From contig CAXBMO010000015.1 in the NCBI GenBank assembly GCA_963977015.1, forward strand, positions 96,773 through 160,772: a stretch of DNA of 64,000 bases, written 5' to 3'. A program made the translations under genes and the position numbers. Shown in pieces: positions 58,372 through 64,000 of this stretch; position 1 is the first letter of the stretch; the number at the start of each line of letters is the position of its first letter. Under the pieces are notes generated by a model, which was not told the DNA's origin, ran no database searches, and saw nothing but the letters and a program-made list of their open reading frames with translations. The stretch is from an uncultured bacterium. Lineage in GTDB: Bacteria; Verrucomicrobiota; Verrucomicrobiia; Verrucomicrobiales; DEV007.

Positions 58372-59067
58372 CTATTGAGAGATCGCCGCCTGCGGTGGAA
58401 GTATCACGATCGCACGGGGATCGACTCGAATCCGGTTGTTGGAAAGCTGGACGACGTAGCCGAGCGCGGTGGAAAGCGGAACATTGTTCAGGCGAAGCGA
58501 GATAGGCAGTTCCCGATTCACGCCGTCGCCGATGACGAAGTTGATCCCCCGTCTGGAGGGATCCAGTTCCATGCTCTTGCCTTCCAGAAATTCGATGGCG
58601 ATGGAAAGCGGGGTGTCGCTCAACTCGATGCTCGCCAAATTCATCGCCTTCATTTGTCGGGTGAGCTTTCCGGCGGTTCGCGATGTCGAAGACTTGGTCG
58701 GCACCGAAACCTGGGGATCCCGCGGCTCGATTTGCACGGCGATCCGATCGACCTTGAAACTGGTGCGGCTTAGCTCGGTAATATAGCGAAGTACATCGCC
58801 CAACGGGGCATGGCGCAGGCGAAGCGTGACCGGAACACTCTTGTCGACCGCGTTCGAGACGACGAAGTTCACGCCGATGCCCGCCGGGTCGAGATCGACA
58901 CTCTTGGAGCGGAGAAAATCGATGGCCGTTCCCAGCGGCGTCTCCTCGAACTCGAGCTCCGGAATCGTCAGGTTCGTCAGCTTCTGGACGGGAGTCATTT
59001 GCTGCTGGGCAAAGCCGAGCGGGCCAAGGAGCAGCCAAACGAGGGCGATGGAAAAACGCAGGTTCAT
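58372..59067 (-). CDS. Secreted protein with two secretin N-terminal/STN-like domains
   Basis: Signal peptide; duplicated TPL..AI.FL..KS..LDP...G.NFV...LRL...PL...L.Y. Confidence 0.7.
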   Translation of the reverse strand: MNLRFSIALVWLLLGPLGFAQQQMTPVQKLTNLTIPELEFEETPLGTAIDFLRSKSVDLDPAGIGVNFVVSNAVDKSVPVTLRLRHAPLGDVLRYITELSRTSFKVDRIAVQIEPRDPQVSVPTKSSTSRTAGKLTRQMKAMNLASIELSDTPLSIAIEFLEGKSMELDPSRRGINFVIGDGVNRELPISLRLNNVPLSTALGYVVQLSNNRIRVDPRAIVILPPQAAISQ

Positions 59068-59119
59068 GGTTGGGAGCTAACCAAATTTGAAGACGCAGGG
59101 CAATGCGATTTGCAGGATC

Positions 59120-61021
59120 TCATGCTTGGAGCAGGCGTTTGGCCCAGGCATCGAGGAAATTCCGGCGATCCGGTTGGGATTCCGGCCACAGGCGCATTTT
59201 GAGGGGACCGACTTCGAGGCGGCGATACTCAGGCCTGGCGAGGTGGAGGAGATCATTCCCGTCGGCGCGACTCGCGACACAGGCGTCGTTTTCGAGGCGA
59301 TCCAGCACCTTGGGATGAAGGACGGAATCCTCCTCGGAAGCAAAGGAGAAGCGCTCGGCGGCGCCAAGCTTGTAGACGAGCCATGCGGCGACGGCGGTGT
59401 TGGATCGAGCGGCGTGGAGATGAGGGATCTGGCGTTTTCTCAGCAACTCCGCCAGGTGGAGAGCCCGTCGCGCATCCAGAAAATACTGTTCCGTGGAAAT
59501 GGCGTTTCCAAGCTTTTGCCGAAGCCGGATGATCCGGTCCACCTCCTCGGGATGATGACGCCAATTGGCTTCCAGAACCATTCCATCGGGAAGAAACTCG
59601 ATCGACTTGTCCGAGAGAAGGATTTTCCGCTCCTCGTGACTGAGGTGCCCGGTTTTGAGCGGGGCTTCACAGGCGATCATGCGGATGGCTGGTTGGTGTT
59701 CCAAAAGGTGGTCCAACTCGACGGATAGGGATTCGTCCGGCGCGGGCCATTGATCGACGAGATAGAGGAGCTGGGTTTCCGAAGTCCAGGTTGGTTTGGG
59801 CTCGGCTGTCGGAAACAGGTTCAGCAATTGGCCGGTCGTTACGGTTCGATCGAAACGTTTCGCGGCGAGCGCATGACCGGCTTCGCCGAGCGTTTTGCGA
59901 AGCTCGGGATCCTTGGCCAGCTTCTCAAGGGCGTTGGCCAGTTCCTCCTCATTGGCGCTCTCCACCAGAAGTCCGGTTTTCTGATGTTCGACCATCTCCG
60001 GCACGCCGACCAACCACGTTGAAACGACGGGAAGTCGAACCGCCATCGCTTCCATGATGACCGTGGGCAGGATGTCGGAAGCGCCCTTGGAATCGACGAT
60101 GCAGGGCAGGACAAAAACGTGGCTTTCCTCCAACTGCCGTTTCACCTCTTCCTGGGTGCCGATGCCGGCGAACGTGACGTGATCGACCAGTCCGAGCTTT
60201 TCCCGCTGATCCAGAAGCCGGTGATGCCACGGGCCTTCGCCGATGATGGTGCATTCAAACTCAATGCCGCGATCGCGGAGTTTGGCGCAGGATTCGAGAA
60301 GGACATGAAAGCCTTTGAACTCGATCAACCGGCCGATCGCGACCATCTTCAGCGGCCCGGGAGAATCCGTCTTCGCCGTCGGGAAATCATCGAGGCGAAT
60401 TCCGTTGTAGATGCGTTGGATCTTGCTGGCGGAATCCGGGCAGGTCTTGGCGAGGAGGTCGCGACTCCAGTCGCTGACGGCAACGATGAATTCGGCTTCG
60501 TGACACATCTCGCGAAGCAGGTCGTCATTGCCGAGATCCACCATGAAATCCTGGGCATGCGCCGTGAAACTGAAGGGAATTCCCGCGAGTTCCTTGATGA
60601 AGAGCGCGGTGTGGGTGGCCCGGTTCGCGAAATGCACGTGAATGTGTTCGACGCCGCGCCGAAGAAATTCCTCGGCGAAGAAGGCCGCATTCCGGGCCCG
60701 GGTTCTCGGTTTGTAGACCGCCCCGTACTCCTTTTCATGGCGGGTGATCATCGGCGTTAAGTTTTCCTCCCAATCATGGGTCTCGTGCATCAGCTTCTCT
60801 TTCGCCTTGAGGATGGCTGGTGGGGGAGGGTAGACGATCTCCGCCTGGAAGTTCTGGAGTCGCTCGTGCCGAAACGTGTTGGCCGGCGGATTCAGAGAGG
60901 CGATCGTCAACTCAACCTGGGAGGCTTCCAATTCGAGCATCTCGGAATCGCAGAACGTGTAGGAAACGACCGGGTAACGGGAGAAAAGGTAAGCGATACG
61001 ATTCGCAGAATCTGGATTCAT
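59120..61021 (-). CDS. Glycosyltransferase family 4 (WcaL-like) with C-terminal extension
   Basis: HIHVHFA, FSFTAHA.D, GRLIEFKG, LPTVIMEAMA. Confidence 0.88.
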   Translation of the reverse strand: MNPDSANRIAYLFSRYPVVSYTFCDSEMLELEASQVELTIASLNPPANTFRHERLQNFQAEIVYPPPPAILKAKEKLMHETHDWEENLTPMITRHEKEYGAVYKPRTRARNAAFFAEEFLRRGVEHIHVHFANRATHTALFIKELAGIPFSFTAHAQDFMVDLGNDDLLREMCHEAEFIVAVSDWSRDLLAKTCPDSASKIQRIYNGIRLDDFPTAKTDSPGPLKMVAIGRLIEFKGFHVLLESCAKLRDRGIEFECTIIGEGPWHHRLLDQREKLGLVDHVTFAGIGTQEEVKRQLEESHVFVLPCIVDSKGASDILPTVIMEAMAVRLPVVSTWLVGVPEMVEHQKTGLLVESANEEELANALEKLAKDPELRKTLGEAGHALAAKRFDRTVTTGQLLNLFPTAEPKPTWTSETQLLYLVDQWPAPDESLSVELDHLLEHQPAIRMIACEAPLKTGHLSHEERKILLSDKSIEFLPDGMVLEANWRHHPEEVDRIIRLRQKLGNAISTEQYFLDARRALHLAELLRKRQIPHLHAARSNTAVAAWLVYKLGAAERFSFASEEDSVLHPKVLDRLENDACVASRADGNDLLHLARPEYRRLEVGPLKMRLWPESQPDRRNFLDAWAKRLLQA

Positions 61022-61238
61022 TGGGGTGTTGATGGGTTCCACCGTAGGTGCGCTTTACCGTGGGTCAACCGGCTCCGTTTGACCGGCTTTGCTCGGGTGC
61101 GATTCAAAAGTGGCCCCTCCCTTCATTTGCGATGGTGGGGCGGAAAAACCCGGGATCGAATCTTCCGCGATCACAATTGGCATTCCTCCCCTTGCTTCCA
61201 CCACCCGTTCCTGCTAAACCAACCCCAGGACAGGCATC

Positions 61239-63389
61239 ATGAGCGCAGAAGACAGATCCCCCGATACCGGCGAGTCCCTCACCACCCCCGAAGACCTGCG
61301 CCCGGAATACTGGGCCTTCATCAGCTACCGTCACCTGGATAACCAGCAGCTCGGCCGCCAATGGGCCACCTGGCTGCACCAACAGCTCGAATCCTACGAA
61401 ATCCCCGAGGACCTCGTCGATACCGCCAACGAACGCGGCGACACCATCCCCGAACGCCTCTTCCCCATCTTCCGCGACGAAGAAGAGTTGCCCGCCGACG
61501 CCGATCTCTCCACCGCGATCCGCGCCGCGGTCGAGCGCAGCAAATACATGATCGTGCTCTGCAGCCCCCGCGCCGCCGAATCCACCTACGTCGCCGAGGA
61601 GATCCGCTATTTTAAAGAGCTCGGCCGCGCCGATCGCATCCTCGCCGTCCTGATCGAGGGCGAGCCGAACGCAAGCTGGGACGAAGGCAAGCAACGCGCC
61701 GGGTTCAGCCCGTATCAGGAATGTTTCCCCACGCCGCTGATGCACCCCGTCGCGCAAGACGGCGCGCTCGACGAAACCCAACGCGCCGAACCCATCGCCG
61801 CCGATCTGCGCATCCAGCCCGGCGGCCAACAGGGCTGGACTAACCCCGCAGCCTATCGCGAAGCGCTCCTCGTCCAAGGCACCCACAAAACCAAGGCGGT
61901 CCGCGAACTGGTCGACGGCTACGACGACCGCCTCACCCTCGGGCTCAACAAAGTCATCGCCGGCGCCCTCGGCCTGCCGCTCAACACCGTGACCGAGCGT
62001 GGCAAAGCCTGGGAGTTGGAAAAAGCCAGACGCCGCGCCCGCCGTCTCGCGCTTTGGCTCAGTTTGACCGGGGTTTTGGCCTTTCTCGCGATTCTGGCGG
62101 GTGGATTCGGCCTCACCCAGATGGGAATCGCCCAAATCCGCGCCACCGAAGCCCTCCAGGCAAAGGAACGCGCCGATAATGCCCGGATTCGCGCCGAAAC
62201 CGGAGAAGCCGAGGCCAAAAAGCAGCAACAACTCGCCGAAGCCGCCCAACAGCGCGCCGAGGCCGGGGAAAAAGCGGCCGCCGAGCAAAAAGAACGCGCC
62301 GAAACCGAGCGCGCCCAGGCCGAGGAGATTCTGGAGTTCATGACCTTCGAAGTGCGCGACAAGCTGGAGCCCTACGTCCCCGTCGCGATTCGCCGCGAGA
62401 TTTTGCAGACCGTGGAGAATTACTACGAGAAGACCGGGCGGGATCGGGGTGGGGCGGCGAAGAACCGGATGCTTTCTCATTTTGGTTCGCTCGGCGACCA
62501 AGCCCTGGCCGTGGGCGACACCGAAACTGCGCTGGAAAACTACCAGAAAGTCCACGAACTCGCCCGGGAACTCGTGGCCGAAGAACCCGACGAACCCACC
62601 TGGAAACGCAACCTGAACAGTAGTTACGAACGCCTCGGGGATGTGAAGCTGAAGTTGGGCCAAACCGAAGCCGCCCTCGGCCATTACGAGGCGGCCTTGA
62701 AGGTGGCCGAGGAGTTGGTCCAGCTCGACCCGGAGAATGCCGAATACTGCCGGGATCTCTCGGTCAGTTACAAAAAGCTCGGGGATGTGAAGCTGAAGTT
62801 GGGCCAAACCGAAGCCGCCCTCGACCATTACGAGGCGGACTTGAAGATCATGGAGGAGTTGGTCCGGCTCGACCCGGAGAATGCCGGATACCGCCGGGAT
62901 CTCTCGGTCAGTTACAACAGGCTCGGGGATGTGAAGCTGCAGTTGGGCCAAACTGAAGCCGCCCTCGACCATTACGAGGCGGACTTGAAGGTGGCCGAGG
63001 AGTTGGTCAGGCTCGACCCGGAGAATGCTGAATACCGCCGGGATCTCTCGGTCAGTTACGATCGTCTCGGGAATGTGAAGCTGCAGTTGGGCCAAACCGA
63101 AGCCGCCCTCGGCCATTACGAGGCTCTTCTGAAGAATGCCGAGGAGTTGGTGCGGCTCGACCCGGAGAATGCGGGATACCGCCGGGATTTGTTTATCTCG
63201 AATGCCAAATTGGGGTTGTTCGCCGAGCAGCAGGGCGATTTGGACAAGGCGATCACGCTCTTCGCGAAGATGGTCGTGATGATGGAGGAATTGGTGGCGA
63301 TGGATCCGGGCAACGCGCAGTGGAAAACGGATTTTGGGAACGCCAACCAAGTTCTCGAACGCCTGAAGCAAAAGCGCGGCGGCGAGTAG
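61239..63389 (+). CDS. TIR domain-TM-coiled coil-TPR repeat protein
   Basis: AFISYRH, FRDEEEL, IVLCSP...YVAEEI; hydrophobic helix; 48-aa TPR-like repeats. Confidence 0.88.
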   Translation: MSAEDRSPDTGESLTTPEDLRPEYWAFISYRHLDNQQLGRQWATWLHQQLESYEIPEDLVDTANERGDTIPERLFPIFRDEEELPADADLSTAIRAAVERSKYMIVLCSPRAAESTYVAEEIRYFKELGRADRILAVLIEGEPNASWDEGKQRAGFSPYQECFPTPLMHPVAQDGALDETQRAEPIAADLRIQPGGQQGWTNPAAYREALLVQGTHKTKAVRELVDGYDDRLTLGLNKVIAGALGLPLNTVTERGKAWELEKARRRARRLALWLSLTGVLAFLAILAGGFGLTQMGIAQIRATEALQAKERADNARIRAETGEAEAKKQQQLAEAAQQRAEAGEKAAAEQKERAETERAQAEEILEFMTFEVRDKLEPYVPVAIRREILQTVENYYEKTGRDRGGAAKNRMLSHFGSLGDQALAVGDTETALENYQKVHELARELVAEEPDEPTWKRNLNSSYERLGDVKLKLGQTEAALGHYEAALKVAEELVQLDPENAEYCRDLSVSYKKLGDVKLKLGQTEAALDHYEADLKIMEELVRLDPENAGYRRDLSVSYNRLGDVKLQLGQTEAALDHYEADLKVAEELVRLDPENAEYRRDLSVSYDRLGNVKLQLGQTEAALGHYEALLKNAEELVRLDPENAGYRRDLFISNAKLGLFAEQQGDLDKAITLFAKMVVMMEELVAMDPGNAQWKTDFGNANQVLERLKQKRGGE
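62620..63190 (+). repeat. Four near-identical 144-bp intragenic repeats
   Basis: CTCGGG(G/A)ATGTGAAGCTG.AGTTGGGCCAAAC at 62634, 62778, 62922 and 63066. Confidence 0.92.
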
Positions 63390-63456
63390 CTTCGATTGGC
63401 AATCGAAGGACCACGGAACCTCCGGATTTCGGGCCACGATTGCCAAACGTGGCTAC
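63386..63456. repeat. GTAG-type REP doublet
   Basis: GTAG-CTTCGATTGGCAATCGAAG, and the inverted copy GTAG-CCACGTTTGGCAATCGTGG. Confidence 0.7.
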
Positions 63457-63460
63457 ATCG

Positions 63461-63637
63461 GGGCTGAAAGCCCCAAAGCGCAAAGCCCGGGCGTTCACGC
63501 CCGGGACGGCCGATGGTCCCGGAATGTGGCCTGAAAGGTCACGAGCGAGTTTGCTGGCCACCTTTCAGGCGGCATTCTCGTTTCCTGCGCGAACCGGGCC
63601 TGAAGACCCGGCCTTTGTGCTTTTGGGCCTTCAGCCC
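63461..63637. mobile_element. About 177-bp non-autonomous palindromic element (REP/MITE-like)
   Basis: Imperfect 31-bp terminal inverted repeats GGGCTGAAAGCCCCAAAGCGCAAAGCCCGGG / GGGCTGAAGGCCCAAAAGCACAAAGGCCGGG; internal GCCTGAAAGGT / ACCTTTCAGGC. Confidence 0.65.
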
Positions 63638-63638
63638 A

Positions 63639-63924
63639 CCAAAGCGAAGCCGCCCTCGGCCATTACGAGGCGGACTTGAAGGTGGCCGAGGATTTGGTCC
63701 GGCTCGACCCGGAGAATGCCGAATACCGCCGGGATCTCGCGGTTTCGCATGCGAAGCTGGGCGGGGTGTACGAACAAGCCGGCGAACCGGCCAAGGCGAA
63801 GGCGGCGTATCTCAAGGTGGTGGAGATTTTCGAAAAGATGAAGGCGGATGGCGTCCTGGCACCGGCAGATGAGGGATTTATCGCAACCTTTCAGCAAAAG
63901 GCGGATGCGATGAACCGGGAATGA
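63639..63924 (+). pseudogene. Orphan TPR repeat with an alternative C-terminus of the TIR-TPR gene
   Basis: GAAGCCGCCCTCGGCCATTACGAGGCGGACTTGAAGGTGGCCGAG...CGGGATCTC copies the 144-bp unit, then continues into a different terminal helix. Confidence 0.8.
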
Positions 63925-63931
63925 CTGCGTT

Positions 63932-63954
63932 GTAAAACGGGACACCGGCCCGTT
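63932..63954. repeat. REP arm of the same family as 52840-52909
   Basis: GTAAAACGGGACACCGGCCCGTT versus GTAAATCGGGTCACCGGCCCGAT. Confidence 0.65.
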
Positions 63955-64000
63955 CCCCGGAGACTCCCGCCGGTCGACCGGCAGGTCGTCCGCAGGAACG

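Noticed and set aside
59103-59115. ATGCGATTTGCAG, an enhancer-like copy
   Set aside because: Single copy only about 35 bp from the start codon, with no -24/-12 site.
62620-63190. 144-bp repeats as CRISPR or a DGR template/variable pair
   Set aside because: They are in-frame coding repeats with no unique spacers, no cas or reverse transcriptase gene is nearby, and the differences are not adenine-specific.

Overview
GC-rich bacterial chromosome segment, most likely Verrucomicrobiota (PVC). This is inferred from a PVC-type heme CxxCH protein, a DUF1549/DUF1553 protein, a sulfatase and fused LpxC-FabZ. (1) 1-20 kb: PVC surface and metabolic genes plus housekeeping genes (tRNA-His, rnc, lpxA, lpxC-fabZ, yqgF/ruvX, serS). 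A DnaA-box cluster with an AT-rich tract between rnc and lpxA looks like oriC. (2) 20.0-27.5 kb: a lower-GC defence island. Intact Hachiman-like (HamA/HamB), NucS-like/DUF4268 and AbiE type IV TA genes sit inside a wrecked type I RM locus, bracketed by a 30-bp repeat. (3) 27.7-34 kb: hybrid kinase, SGNH hydrolase and an HK-RR-desaturase operon. (4) 34.4-49.6 kb, the most striking part: a general-stress gene cluster (CsbD, DUF1328, YqaE/Pmp3, PRC-barrels, SodC, MscS, baeRF, AI-2E, GlsB/YeaQ, L,D-transpeptidase). It carries eleven sigma54 -24/-12 promoters and a recurrent paired TGCAA-N3-GCAA enhancer motif, and ends in an AlgB/KinB-like sigma54 two-component operon with the same promoter and enhancers. 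It looks like a self-contained sigma54-driven stress regulon. (5) 49.7-64 kb: tilS, glmM, bioD, a ketosynthase-diiron oxidase fusion, a GT4, and a TIR-TM-TPR gene with 144-bp DNA repeats, an orphan alternative C-terminal cassette and several REP-like elements. All calls come from reading motifs by eye; no database search was run, and Pfam/DUF names are from recall.
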